A stretch of 64,000 nt of DNA from Leucoraja ocellata (taxonomy: Eukaryota): assembly GCA_036785375.1 (NCBI GenBank), contig JAWMAR010000070.1:7440001-7504000 (forward strand), read 5' to 3'. Both the position numbers and the translations under genes were made by a program. Below, piece after piece: positions 25,988 to 39,613 of the stretch. How positions within the stretch are numbered: the stretch's first letter is position 1; each line of letters opens with the position of its first letter. The notes under the pieces are model-generated. The model worked only from the letters and a program-made list of their open reading frames with translations. It had not been told where the DNA came from and did not search any database.

Positions 25988-26229
25988 GGTAGACAAAAAT
26001 GCTGGAGAGACTCAGCGGGTGCAGCAGCATCTATGTAGCAAAGGAAATAGGCAATGTTTCGGAACGAAACCCTTCTGGAAATAGGCAACGTTTCAAGCCA
26101 AAACCCGGAAGGGTTTCGGCCCGAAACGTTGCCTATTTCCTTCGCTCCATAGATGCTGCTGCACCCGCTGAGTTTCTCCAGGATTTTTGTGTACCTTCGA
26201 TTTTCCAGTATCTGCAGTTTCTTCTTCAA
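25988..26229. repeat. Palindromic Penelope-like repeat (related copies about 8279-8500, 15205-15305, 24640-24875, 30750-30860, 53730-53850, 61245-61360)
   Basis: Long inverted arms gctggagaaactcagcgggtgcagcagcatctatgg...cgaaac / reverse complement. Flanked here by the direct repeat atcaaatagaacaa. Penelope assignment is from recall of such repeats, not from a search. Confidence 0.6.
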
Positions 26230-28968
26230 CATCAAATAGAACAAGTTGTCCTACAACTTTAGGCTGTGCACGCCACACGAAAGAAGAAGTTGACATGTCA
26301 GTCCCGCCATCCCGGGTATTAACCTGGTGAACCTACGTTGCACTCCCTCAATAGCAAGAATGCCCTTCCTCAAGATGACAGTGAAGGGCCGCCACTACAC
26401 AGACACCCAGTAGACCTGATAGAATGATATAAAATTATGAGAGGCGTAGATAGCTGAGATAACCTGAAGCAATTTCCCGAAGGCTTTGGAGACGGTGCAG
26501 AAACGGTTCCCCAGAATGATGTCGGGATCGGAGGTTGTTAGTTATATGGACAGGTTGGATAATCTTGGATTGGTTTCTCTAGAACTTCAGATGTTGAGCG
26601 GAGACCTGACAGAAGGTAATAAAATTCTTAAGGGGTTGGACAGGCTAGATGCAGGAACGTTGTTTCCGATGTTGGGGAAGTCCAGAACAAGGGGTCACAG
26701 TTTAAGGATAAGGGGGAAATCTTTTAGGACCGAGATGAGAAAAACATTTTTCACACAGAGAGTGGTGAATCTGTGGAATTCTCTGCCGCAGAAGGTAGTT
26801 GAGGCCACAGTTCATTGGCTTTTTTTAGGAGGGAGATAGATGTGGCCCTTGTGGCTAAAGGGATCAGGGGGTATGGAGCGAAGGCAGATACAGGATACTG
26901 AGTTGGATGATCAGCCATGATCATATTGAATGGCGGTGCAGGCTCGAAGGGCCGAATGGTCAACTCCTGCACCTATTGTCTATTGTCTATTGAGATAGGA
27001 AACATTTAAAGATGTGCGAAGCACAGAGGGTGGTGGGTGCCTGGAACACGATGCTGTGGGTGGTGGAGGCAGATACAATAGTTCAGAGTCTTTATCTAAA
27101 AAATCTCATGGATATGCAGGGAATTGAGATTATGGATCAGGTGCAGGCAGAGGAGATTAGCTGAACTTGGCAGCATGTTCAGCACGGACCTTGTGGGCCG
27201 AAGGGCCTGTTCCTGTGCTGTTCCATGTTCTATGTTACATCATCTTCTCAATCACATCTTGAGAAGAACATTTTCCAGAGGTGCCCTGGTACCACCAGTG
27301 TGACATTCATTGTATCTGCTGCAGTCAACGAGTGTGTTGTGTAGACAGCCAGAGGAGAAGATGGGATTTATGTGCAGTTTCATTTTGTAATCATTATTTA
27401 TTTAATGTCATAGTGTAATAGAGTCATAGAGTGATACAGCGTGGAAACAGGCCCTTCGGCCCAACTTGCCCACACTGGCCAACATGTCCCAGCTACACTA
27501 GTCTCACCTGCCTGTGTTTGGTCCATATCCCTCCAAACCTGTCCTCCCCATGTACATGACTCACTGTTTCTTAAACATTGGGATCTAAATGTTGCCTCAC
27601 CAACGCAAGATGACCTCCCAACCTCTATACTCCATACTGTGACTGATGAAGGCCAAAGTACCAAAAGCCTTTTTGACCACCGTATCTATCAACTGCATCT
27701 TCAAGGAACCATGTACCTTCACTCATAGATCCCTCTGCTATACAACATTCCCCAGAGCTGGACTATTCACTGTGTAGGTCCTGCACATGTTAGAAACATA
27801 GAAACATAGAAACTAGGTGCAGGAGTAGGCCATTCAGCCCTTCGAGCCTGCACCGCCATTCAATATGATCATGGCTGATCATCCAACACAGTTTCCAGTA
27901 CCTGCCTTCTCTCCATACCCTCTGATCCCCTTAGCCACAAGGGCCACATCTAACTCCCTCTTCAATATAGCCATTGAATTGGCCTCGACTACCCTCTGGT
28001 TACCCTCTCCCCAAGACTCCCCAAAACACAACATCTCACATTACTCTGTATTAAATTCCATCAACCGTTCCTCAGCCCAACTGGCCAATATTTCAGGATC
28101 CTGCTGCAATTTTTCACAACCATCTCCACTATCTGCAAAACCGCCTACTTTAGTGTCATAGAAACATAGAAAATAGGTGCAGGAGTAGAGGCCATTCGGC
28201 CCTTCGAGCCTGCACCGCTATTCAATATGATCATGGCTGATCATCCAACTCAGTATCCTGTACCAGCCTTCTCTCCATACCCCCTGATCCCTTTAGCCAC
28301 AAGGGCCACATCTAACTCCCTCTTAAATATAGTCATCTGCCTTTACTTCTGTTCCTGTTCTCAACATTTTCCACATGTTGTTCCGTCCCCGTGTGGTCAT
28401 GGACAATGTTGGACACAGCTCATAGAAGCCGGCGATGTTGCCCGTAGTGAGCAAGAGTTGCACAAAGTTCACACCCAACTCAATGCTGGCGTACAAAGAA
28501 TCACTCACACCGGCTGTCTTCAAGAGAGTTTATTTCCATTAATGATACATTTACCAATGCAAGCACGATCTGTCCCATTGCACTACATTTGCCCCATATC
28601 CCCCTAAACCTTTCCCTGTCCCAAGTGTGTATTAAATATTCTTACAATTCCCACCCCACCAGACAGTTCTATAAACCCACCGCCCCCTGAGTGAAAATGT
28701 TGCCCCTCAGGTTCCTATTAAATCTTGCCCCTCTAACCTTAAACTTATGTCCCCCTGGTTCTTGATTCCCGTACCCCAGGTAAAAGATGTTTTGTGTTCA
28801 CCCCTCTATTCCCCTCATGATGAATTAAGTGACTACAATATAGAATGCTGTTGTTGGCCTAAGTATGTGAAGTTTATAATGATGGATGTTACTGTGTGTT
28901 TGTGCTGTCCTGCCACTGCCTGTTGCTTCTGTGACATGGGGGGGCCTGTGCTGGGTCAGTGTGAGGTT

Positions 28969-29481
28969 TCACATCACTGTCAGCTTGGTATTTAGTCTAC
29001 ATTCCTCTTTGCCAGTGAACCAAGCGCAGGAATACATCCCAACATCACTCTTCTGTAAACCCGTGATGACCAACGAGGCATCCCGTGTCCCATCCACGTT
29101 TGTTTCCTTGAACGACCAGCGGCCGGCCCCCCCTGGATAGGTCGCACCTTTCCCTTTAGTAAACACGGCCAATGTCCCCTTCCCTTTACTCCAGGTGACA
29201 GCAAAGTTGCTGGGTCCATCCTTCCCTGTGGGTACTATACAGGGTAGCGTAGCAGAACCACCCTTTGCCGTCACATCCGTGAATTTCATCTTGTTCGCAG
29301 CTGGCCTAGCACCGCATTCTGGAGTATCTTGTTTGTTGACTTGTCGAGGCTCCCGTGCGTTCCACCCGGGCAAGTTTGCTTCCTCTCCCCATTCTCTGGA
29401 GATCGGACCTGTTCCAGTTGCGGAGACTTGCCACACCATCTCCACAAGGACCATGAATCCTATCCATCTCTGCAGTCCCAT
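28969..29481 (-). CDS. Secreted single Ig-V-domain pro-protein, subfamily B (170 aa)
   Basis: Same architecture: GGSATLPC...TWSKG...RDASL...DVGMYSC...ECRL..LTVM*. Confidence 0.85.
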   Translation of the reverse strand: MGLQRWIGFMVLVEMVWQVSATGTGPISREWGEEANLPGWNAREPRQVNKQDTPECGARPAANKMKFTDVTAKGGSATLPCIVPTGKDGPSNFAVTWSKGKGTLAVFTKGKGATYPGGAGRWSFKETNVDGTRDASLVITGLQKSDVGMYSCAWFTGKEECRLNTKLTVM

Positions 29482-30056
29482 GTTCCTGTGGGTGAAACAA
29501 TGGGTCACCTTATTGCAACTCAGTAGGATTCATGATGACATTCCCTGAACCCGCCCAGAGTTGGGGAATCGAGAACCAGAGGACATCGGTTTAAGGCGAG
29601 GGGGGGGGGGAAAGATTTAATGGGAAACTGAGGGGTGACTTTTTTACACAAAGGGTGGAGGGTGTTTGGAACGAGCTGCCGGAAGAGGTAGTTGGGGCAG
29701 GTACTATCACAATGATTAAGAAACAGTTAGACAGGTACATTGATAGGACAGGATTAGAGGGGTAAGGGCCAAACGCAGGCAGGTGGGTCTAGTATTGATG
29801 GGACACGTTGGTGGGCGTGGGCAAGTTGGGCCGAAGGTCTCGCTGTGACTCTATGACTCCATCACTTGTCCCACCCCGGTCATTCCTCCTTCTCCCTGGT
29901 CCTGTCTAGCAGAAGGTACAGAAGCTTGAAAGCGCGCACCACCAGACTCAGGAACAGCTTCTTCCCCTCTGCTATCAGGCTTCTGAACTGGGGGAACAGT
30001 GAACAGAGACAATCCCACCCCCATCACTCACAGACACTTGAAGGATCCACAGGGTT

Positions 30057-30405
30057 GGTTACCAGCTCCGGAGTCTCCACACAGGGTGACGGGGTTGGTC
30101 TTGTTCTCATCTCCTGCCATCGCTCGCTCCTTTTATACCGACTCCCGGCTTCTCCTGCCCCTCATTGTCTGCCCTCACGTACATTCAACCAATCACTGCC
30201 TCCCACGGAGCATTGGCCGGAGTCAGCCGCGACCTCTCCACCCTCTGCCAAACGTGTCGTTGCATCAGCCGTTAACGTTTAACAAGAACAACGTCATCCC
30301 AGCTGCCAGCGGCCAACCAGGCGCCCCACACATCCTGCTTGTGTCTCCACCACGTCTCGCTTTGGCCACCCATCGGACCAGATGTCCCAGCCACGCCACG
30401 TCACC
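30057..30405 (-). promoter_or_regulatory. Family promoter and exon 1 (for the 28969 copy)
   Basis: TATA 30131-30137, ERSE 30189-30207, TGACGTGG 30396-30403 (rc). Confidence 0.7.
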
Positions 30406-32274
30406 ACCACAGCCCTTGGCACCTGCGCTGGTTCCACAGTTTATACTCAATCTGAGCCGGCAGCTGGGATGGCGTTGGATCAATTCTTCCTTCCCAACAA
30501 CCATCAGGCTGTTGAACACGACACGACACTGAGGTCAACGATGAACGTCTATGGAATGTCCAAGGTTGCACTAATGCCCCTGTCCCACTTAGGAAACCTG
30601 AACGGAAACCTCTGGAGACTTAGCGCCCCACCCAAGGTTTCCGTGCGGTTCACGGAGGTTTTTGTCTGTCTCCCTACCTGCTTCCACTACCTGCAACCTC
30701 CGGCAACCACCTGCAACCTCCGGCAACCACCTGCAACCTCCGGGAACCTTCGGGACGAAACGTTGCCTATTTCCTTCACTCCATAGATGCTGCTGCACCC
30801 GCTGAGTTTCTCCAGCATTTTTGTGTACCTTCGATTTTCCAGTATCTGCAGTTTCTTCTTCAACATCAAATAGAACAAGTTGTCCTACAACTTTAGGCTG
30901 TGCACGCCACACGAAAGAAGAAGTTGACATGTCTGTCCCGCCATCCCGGGTATTAACCTGGTGAACCTACGTTGCACTCCCTCAATAGCAAGAATGCCCT
31001 TCCTCAAAATGACAGTGAAGTGCTGCCTCTACAGAGACACCCAATAGACCTGATAGAATGGTATAAAATGATGAGAGGCGTAGATAGCTGAGATAACCTG
31101 AAGCAATTTCCCGAAGGCTTTGGAGACGGTGCAGAAGCAGTTCCCCAGAATGATGTCGGGATCGGAGGTTGTTAGTTATATGGACAGGTTGGATAATCTT
31201 GGATTAGTTTCTCTAGAACTTCAGATGTTGAGCGGAGACCTGACAGAAGGTAATAAAATTCTTAAGGGGTTGGACAGGCTAGATGCAGGAACGTTGTTCC
31301 CGATGTTGGGGAAGTCCAGAACTAGGGGTCACAGTTTAAGGATAAGGGGGAAATCTTTTAGGACCGAGATGAGAAAAACATTTTTCACACAGAGAGTGGT
31401 GAATGTGGAATTCTCTGCCACAGAAGGTATTTGAGGCCAGTTCATTGGCTATATTTAAGAGGGAGTTAGATGTGGCCCTTGTGGCTAAAGGGATCAGGGG
31501 GTATGGAGAGAAGGCAGGTACTGGATACTGAGTTTGATGATCAGCCATGATCATATTGAATGGCGGTGCAGGCTCGAAGGGCCGAATGGCCTACTCCTGC
31601 ACCTATTGTCTATTGTCTACTGTCTATTGTCTATTGAGATAGGAAACATTTAAAGATACAAGTGGAGGTAGTTACAATAGTTCAGAGACTTTATCTAAAA
31701 AATCTCATGGACATGCAGGGAATTGAGATTATGGATCAGGTGCAGGCAGAGGAGATTAGCTGAACTTGGCATCATGTTCAGCACGGACCTTGTGGGCCGA
31801 AGGGCCTGTTCCTGTGCTGTTCCATGTTCTATGTTACATCATCTTCTCAATCACATCTTGAGAAGAACATTTTCCAGAGGTGCCCAGGTACCACCAGTGT
31901 GACATTCATTGTATCTGCTGCAGTCAATGAGTGTGTTGTGTAGACAGCCAGAGGAGAAGATGGGATTTATGTGGAGTTTCATTTTGTAATCATTATTTAT
32001 TTAATATCATAGTGTAATAGAGTCATAGAGTGATACAGCGTGGAAACAGGCCCTTCGGCCCAACTTGCCCACACTGGCCAACATGTCCCAGCTACACTAG
32101 TCCCACCTATCCACGTTTGGTCCATATCCTTCTAAATCTGACCTATACCTGTTCCTGTTTAACTGTTTCTTAAACGTTGGGATAGTTTCTGCCTCAACTG
32201 CGATGAGTTGACCAGAACGAGACGTGGTGGAGACACAAGCAGGATGTGTGGGGCGCCTGGTTGGCCGCTGGCAG

Positions 32275-32520
32275 CTGGGATGACGTTGTTCTTGTTAAAC
32301 GTTAACGGCTGATGCAACGACACGTTTGGCAGAGGGTGGAGAGGTCGCGGCTGACTCCGGCCAATGCTCCGTGGGAGGCAGTGATTGGTTGAATGTACGT
32401 GAGGGCAGACAATGAGGGGCAGGAGAAGCCGGGAGTCGGTATAAAAGGAGCGAGCGATGGCAGGAGATGAGAACAAGACCGACCCCGTCACCCTGTGTGG
32501 AGACTCCGGAGCTGGTAACC
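32275..32520 (+). promoter_or_regulatory. Family promoter and exon 1 (for the 33093 copy)
   Basis: ERSE 32370-32388, TATAAAA 32440-32446, GTAACC donor near 32515. Confidence 0.7.
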
Positions 32521-33092
32521 AACCCTGTGGATCCTTCAAGTGTCTGTGAGTGATGGGGGTGGGATTGTCTCTGTTCACTGTTCCCCCAGTTCAGACGCCT
32601 GATAGCAGAGGGGAAGAAGCTGTTCCTGAGTCTGGTGGTGCGCGCTTTCAAGCTTCTGTACCTTCTGCTAGACAGGACCAGGGAGAAGGAGGAATGACCG
32701 GGGTGGGACAAGTGATGGAGTCATAGAGTCACAGCGAGACCTTCGGCCCAACTTGCCCGCGCCCACCAATGTGTCCCCATCAATACTAGACCCACCTGCC
32801 TGCGTTTGGCCCTTACCCCTCTAATCCTGTCCTATCAATGTACCTGTCTAACTGTTTCTTAATCATTGTGATAGTACCTGCCCCAACTACCTCTTCCGGC
32901 AGCTCGTTCCAAACACCCTCCACCCTTTGTGTAAAAAAGTCACCCCTCAGTTTCCCATGAAATCTTTCCCCCCCTCACCTTAAACCGATGTCCTCTGGTT
33001 CTCGATTCCCCAACTCTGGGCGGGTTCAGGGAATGTCATCATGAATCCTACTGAGTTGCAATAAGGTGACCCATTGTTTCACCCACAGGAAC

Positions 33093-33632
33093 ATGGGGCT
33101 GCAGAGATGGATAGGATTCATGGTCCTTGTGGAGATGGTGTGGCAAGTCTCCGTAACTGGAACAGGTCCGATCTCCAGCGAATGGGGAGAGGAAGCAAAC
33201 TTGGCCGGGCGGAACACACGGGCGTATTTCAAAGTCACCAATGAACCGCTTCCAAGATGCACGAACGAGTCAGATTCTGATGCCATCAGTCATCACCCAT
33301 CACCGATTAACAAGAAGGTGCTCGTTGCATCTCTGGGTGGTTCTGTTACGTTGCCATGTAATATATCCATCCTTAAAAATCATTACAGGGTTGTTCAATG
33401 GAAAAAAGATGGTGTTCAAATTGCCAGTTTCCATGAGAGAGCGTATGCGCGTTATACGGGGTCTGATGTTCACTGGAAGTTCGTTGATCACAACGTCTAT
33501 ATGGCTCAGGACGCCACGTTGCTCCTGACAGGTGTAAAAGAGGAAGATACAGGGACGTATTCCTGTGTTTGGTTCCATTATAGAGATAGACCGTTTTGTG
33601 AATTATTGATGCAGCTGATGATCTCTCACTGA
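33093..33632 (+). CDS. Secreted single Ig-V-domain pro-protein, subfamily A (179 aa)
   Basis: Shared leader, RNTR, GGSVTLPC, VQWKKDG, QDATL, DTGTYSC, FCELL. Sequons NES and NIS. No TM segment. Confidence 0.85.
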   Translation: MGLQRWIGFMVLVEMVWQVSVTGTGPISSEWGEEANLAGRNTRAYFKVTNEPLPRCTNESDSDAISHHPSPINKKVLVASLGGSVTLPCNISILKNHYRVVQWKKDGVQIASFHERAYARYTGSDVHWKFVDHNVYMAQDATLLLTGVKEEDTGTYSCVWFHYRDRPFCELLMQLMISH

Positions 33633-36600
33633 TTCAGCAGGGCCAGTCCCAGGGTCAGTAGCAAAGTCTAGTTTAGTTTAGTTTTGTTCAGAGGTACATC
33701 AGGGAAACAAGCCCTTCGGCCACAGAGTCAATGGGGACCAGTGATCACCCCATATACTAGTTCTATCCCACACACTAGATACAATTTACACTGACCAATT
33801 AACCTACAAACCTGCACGTCTCTGGGGTGTGGGACGAAACCGGAGCACCCGGATTCCAAAGAGGAAGGAAGATTCCAAGGGGAGTTAGGGGCGACCGTGG
33901 CTGACAAGGGAAGTCAGGGACACTATCAAAATAAAAGAGAACAGGTATAACGTTGCAAAGATGAGCGGAAAGCCAGGGGATTAGGTAACTCTTTTAAAGA
34001 GCAACAGAAGATAACTAAAAAAGCAATACGGGGAGAAAAGATGAGGTATGAAGGTAAGATAGCCAAGAATAGAAAGGAGGATCGTAAAAGCTTCTTTAGA
34101 TATGTGAAAAAAATTAGTTCAGACTAAAATTGGACCTTTATAGACTAAAAACTTTGGATCCGTCTTCACTAAGGAGAACACAAACAATCTCCCTGATGTA
34201 CTAGTGGCCAGAGGATCTGGGGACAATGGAGAGCCAGTGGATGTAGTGTACCTGGACTTGCAGGAAGTATTTGATAAGGTCCCACATAGGAGATTAATGG
34301 GCAAAATTAGAGCACATGGTATTGGGGGAAGGGCCTGTTTCCATATTGTTTGACTCTGACACGAAGTAGGGAATAGTAAAGGTATAAAGATGAGCAGCGT
34401 GGAAGGTGTGAGCGTGGATCGCATGCAGTGAGGAGAACTGACCTTGCACCGGTAAATGTACGTTTAATTTAAATAAACTTTCTTCTGCCTGCCCTGAAGA
34501 CAGCCGGTGTGAGTGATTCTTTGTACGCCAGCATTGAGTTGGGTGTGAACTTTGTGCAACTTTTGCTCACTACGGGCAACATCGCCGGATTAAAGGGCCT
34601 GTCCCACGAGCATGCGACTCCATGCGGCAAGCGCGACCTAACGTGGTCACTTGAGCCGTACGGCCTCGCGGGGCCGGTCCCACTTTGATCGCCGGAGCCG
34701 TATGGAGTTGTGTGGAGCTGGTCCCGACATCGCGCGGGGCTCTGAAAAACTGAATATGTTAGGATATGGAAACAGGTTCTTCGGCCCACCGAGTCTAACC
34801 CAACCAGTGATCACCCCTACACTAGTTCTAACCTACACACTAGGGACAATTTACTGAAGCCAATTAACCATCAAATCTACACGTCTTTGTAATCTGAAAG
34901 GGAACCAGAGCACCCGGAGGAAACCCACATGGTCCCAGGGACAATGTACATACACTGTACAGACAGTGCCCGTAGTTACCATCGAAGGCGGGTCTCTAGC
35001 GCTGTAAGGCAGCAACTCTACCGCTGCGCCACTGTACCGCCCCTGCATTGCCCTCGTGCATTGTTAGGGCTGCTGATTAGAGTCCAGTTTTGACCCTCGT
35101 TGGGTGTCAATTGTGGTTGTCAAGGAGCTTTCTTACCTCCGTATGGAGCCTGGTCTTCCAGTTATAGACCCACACCACCCTGGCCACACTCTCTTATCAC
35201 CACTACTGAGGGGAAGGTACAGGAGCCTGAGAACCGTGAGCTCCAGGTTCAAGAGCAGCTTCTTCCCAGCAAGCACAAGGTTGTTGAACCAGCCTGCACA
35301 ACCCCAACCACAACCCTACGCCACTCACCACAACCCTACACAACCCTGATGGACACTGCACCACTGGTGATGCCCCACGTACGTTGTCTTGTACTATCAT
35401 GGTCTGGTTTACTTGGAATAACTGAGACCTTATTGTGTACTTATGGTGTAAGTATATAATCATGATAGGCCAGGGTAGACAGTGGAGGGCTGCCACTACA
35501 GAGCCGCCCATAGACCTGATAGAATTATATAAAGTTACTGTGCAGACCAAGTACAAACCCAACGCAATATTCCACCACTCACCCATTCCCCAACGCTATA
35601 TTTCACCACTCACTCATAGCCCCTAATTGTGCAGGAGCGGCTCATTTCTCCGTTTCCCCTCTTCCTCCTCTTCACCCTCCCTCTTCAATACTTAGAGAGG
35701 GAGGAGGGGTAGAGGGAGGGGGTAGAGAGGGAGAGAGGCAGAGAGAAAGGGGGTAGAGAGAGAGTGGGAAGGGGTAGAGGTTGAGGGAGGGGGGGGAGGG
35801 GGGTAGCGGGGTGGAGGGATTAAATACATTCTTCTCAAGCTTACCCCCAGTCTAGTTCAGTCAAAAACCACTGAGTCAAGCACTGGAACAATTAATCTTT
35901 ATTTTTGGATTGTACATCAAATTCAACTACACGATACCTAAACCACTGCGGGTTCAATCCTTGTATCTGCTTGGCCAAGCCCTTCAGCCTCGTGCAAGCA
36001 GAAACACTCCAAAAGGTCACGCTGTCCCAAGGATTCTTCCAGAAGATCGACAAAGGACCTCGTGGGGGCTGCCTTTTATAAGTCCCCGAACCTTGAGGGG
36101 CCGAACTACATAGGGGTGGTCTCTTTACAATCCAATCAAACATATTAATTACATCAGTATATTATAGACAGTTCCCCAGACCACTAACAGATCCCATACA
36201 TTGTTTCAGGAGAAGCTTCTGGAAGATGCTAACTTAACTTGAATAATGCAACATTTACCCTGGAATTCAAACAAACCTGCCAGGGCTCAATACTTTAGCC
36301 AATCAACAAACAGTAGGATAACTGCCTGGCACATTATATACAATATTTACAATGCTGTTGCAGTAATCCAATCAACCATGCATTTACACTTCATTGGAGG
36401 TCATCTCCTTGCACGGAAATCGGCATCAAAACATGGGGGGGCACAATTCCATGGCGGCACACATGCACACGTGTGCATGCGGCACACACGCGAGGATTCG
36501 GCCGTGGGCCCTGTGGACGGTAACATCGGGAACTGACTTGGTTGGTGACCGACTCCGAACTCCAGCAACAGCAGCTTCGTCCGCCCCGAATCGTGGGGCT

Positions 36601-38789
36601 TGAATCGGCCCGTTCGCGGGGCCTTTCATCGCCCGGCAGGGGTTTCAACATTGGTATTGATGTGGATAGAGAACTGGCTGGCAGACAGAAAGCAAAGAGT
36701 AGGAGTAAACGGGTCCTTTTCAGAATGGCAGGCAGTGACTAGTGGGGTACTGCAAGACTCAGTGCTGGGACCCCAGCTATTTACGATATATATTAATGAT
36801 CTGGATGAGGGAGTTGAATGCAACATCTCCAAGTTTGCAGATGACACGAAATGAGGGGCAGTGTTAGCTGTGAGGAGGGTGCTAGGAGGCTGCAAGGTGA
36901 CTTGGATAGGTTGGGTGAGTGGGCAAATGCATGGAAGATGCAGTATAATGTGGATAAATGTGAGGTTATCCATTTTGGTGTAAAAAACAGGAAAGTAGAT
37001 TATTATCTGAATGGTGGCCGATTAGGAAAAGGGGAGATGCAACGAGACCTGGGTGTCATGGTACACCAGTCATTAAAAGTGGGTATGAAGGTGCAGCAGG
37101 CAGTGAAGAAACAGAATGGTATGTTAGCATTCATAGCAAAAGGATTTGAGTATAAGAGCAGGGAGGTTCTACTGCAGTTGTACAGGGTCTTGGTGAGACC
37201 ACACCTGGTGTATTGCGTACAGTTTTGGTCTCCTAATCAGAGGAAAGACATTCTTGCCATAGAGGGAGTACAGAGAAAGTTCACCAGACTGATTCCTGGG
37301 ATGTCAGGACTTTATGGCATACTGAGTTGGATGATCAGTATAATCATTAGAAATGGCAGTGCAGGCTCGAAGGGCCGAATGGCCTACTCCTGCACCTATT
37401 TTCTATGTTTCTATGGGAGCCTCGATCGCCTCGATGCAGCAGTTTGATTTTAAGCCGCTCGGGCGCTGAAAGGCCCCGCGAACGGGACGATTCTGCCCAT
37501 AGAAAGCGTCTGATAAAGTCCGGAACACAAAACATGGGCGGGGGGGAATCGTCCCCCACCTCCCAAAGCATAGGGAGACGTGCCCCCTGTTCCCCCCCCC
37601 CAGGGATTTCTGCCCATGGCGGTCACGATATCTCCTTCACCGCCGCAGTCTCGACGCCTCTTTGATGGGCGCGAAAAACCCCATGTGGGGCGTAGAAGGC
37701 CGGGTCGGATAAACCGGAATGTTAATTTCAATGAGGTCCTCCCCCTGACATCACTGGAAGCTGCTGGTCGACCACTCCCCCTTTGTGACATCACTCGAAG
37801 GGGGGTGAAGGTTTGCCGTTTAATAAGTTGGTTTTCACTATTTTTAAAACGCTATAACTTGTGAAGTACAGCATGCAATGTGAAGTGGAGCAGTTTATTT
37901 TGTCAAAGGGGTTAATGTGATTAATAATGTGCGGAGGAGGGGAGGAGGAGAGGGGAGAGAAGGAGGAGGGTGTAGACGAGGGGGAGGGAGTGTAAGAGAC
38001 TCGCCTGCGCTGTTGTGGGGTATGGGTGAGTGGTGGAATATTACGTTGGGGGGATGGGTACATCGCAAAGGAATCTCATTTAGATTTCTTGGGAGGAGGC
38101 TTTTCATTGTGGGGGGTGGAATTGCTGAGAGGTTTCATTTACTCCTTATTTATAAAATAATTACGATTGTGGGGAGGGGTGGGTTGGGGGCGGGGGCTCC
38201 CCGTTTCATTGTGGGGGGGTGGAGTAAGAGAGAGGTTTCATTTCCAGAATTTTCCTTGTGGGAGGGTGGGGTGAGTATTGTGGGGTATGGGTGAGTGGTG
38301 GAATATTACGTTGGGGGGAACGGGACCCAACGGGTCCCACTTGGTCTAGTTATCATTATTTATTTAATGTTTCACGTTTACACCAATCTCTCCACCACCA
38401 CGAACAAGCAGCACAAGACGCAACAAGACAGACACCATTGTATGCAGATGCCGAGAAGTGTGATCAGCTCTGGCTGAACAACTAATCTTGTGTGTGGATT
38501 CGATAAGCAGAAGATTTAATGTCATAGTGTTATACAGTCATAGAGTGATACAGCATGGAAACAGGCCCTTTGGCCCAACTTGCCCGCATTGGACAACATG
38601 TCCCAGCTACACTAGTCCCACCTGTCCACGTTTGGTCCATATCCCTCCAAATCTGACCTATACCTGTTCCTGTCTAGCTGTTTCTTAAACGTCGGGATAG
38701 TTTCTGCCTCAACTGCGATGGGTTGACCAGAACGAGACGTGGTGGAGACACAAGCAGGATGTGTGGGGCGCCTGGTTGTCCGCAGGCAG

Positions 38790-39035
38790 CTGGGATGACG
38801 TTGTTCTTGTTAAACGTTAACGGCTGATGCAACGACACGTTTGGCAGAGGGTGGAGAGGTCGCGGCTGACTCTGGCCAATGCTCCGTGGGAGGCAGTGAT
38901 TGGTTGAATGTACGTGAGGGCAGACAATGAGGGGCAGGAGAAGCCGGGAGTCGGTATAAAAGGAGCGAGCGATGGCAGGAGATGAGAACAAGACCGACCC
39001 CGTCACCCTGTGTGGAGACTCCGGAGCTGGTAACC
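38790..39035 (+). promoter_or_regulatory. Family promoter and exon 1 (for the 39614 copy)
   Basis: ERSE 38885-38903, TATAAAA 38955-38961, donor near 39030. Confidence 0.7.
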
Positions 39036-39613
39036 AACCCTGTGGATCCTTCAAGTGTCTGTGAGTGATGGGGGTGGGATTGTCTCTGTTCACTGTTCCC
39101 CCAGTTCAGAAGCCTGATAGCAGAGGGGAAGAAGCTGTTCCTGAGTCTGGTGGTGCGCGCTTTCAAGCTTCTGTACCTTCTGCTAGACAGGACCAGGGAG
39201 AAGGAGGAATGACCGGGGTGGGACAAGTGATGGAGTCATAGAGTCACAGCGAGACCTTCGGCCCAACTTGCCCGCGCCCACCAACGTGTCCCCATCAATA
39301 CTAGACCCACCTGCCTGCGTTTGGCCCTTACCCCTCTAATCCTGTCCTATCAATGTACCTGTCTAACTGTTTCTTAATCATTGTGATAGTACCTGCCTCA
39401 ACTACCTCTTCCGGCAGCTCGTTCCAAACACCCTCCACCCTTTGTGTAAAAAAGTCACCCCTCAGTTTCACATTAAATCTTTCCCCCCCCCCCCCTCGCC
39501 TTAAACCGATGTCCTCTGGTTCTCGATTCCCCAACTTTGGGCGGGTTCAGGGAATGTCATCATGAATCCTACTGAGTTGCAATAAGGTGACCCATTGTTT
39601 CACCCACAGGAAC

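Noticed and set aside
30686-30750. Short tandem repeat (cacctgcaacctccggcaac)n resembling a CRISPR-like array
   Set aside because: There are no unique spacers and the context is eukaryotic. It is an internal minisatellite of a repeat fragment.
33066-33092. N-terminal MTHCFTHRN given by the ORF track for every family member
   Set aside because: It starts at GTG and spans the pyrimidine tract and AG acceptor. The ATG in aacATGG context 27 nt downstream is the plausible start.
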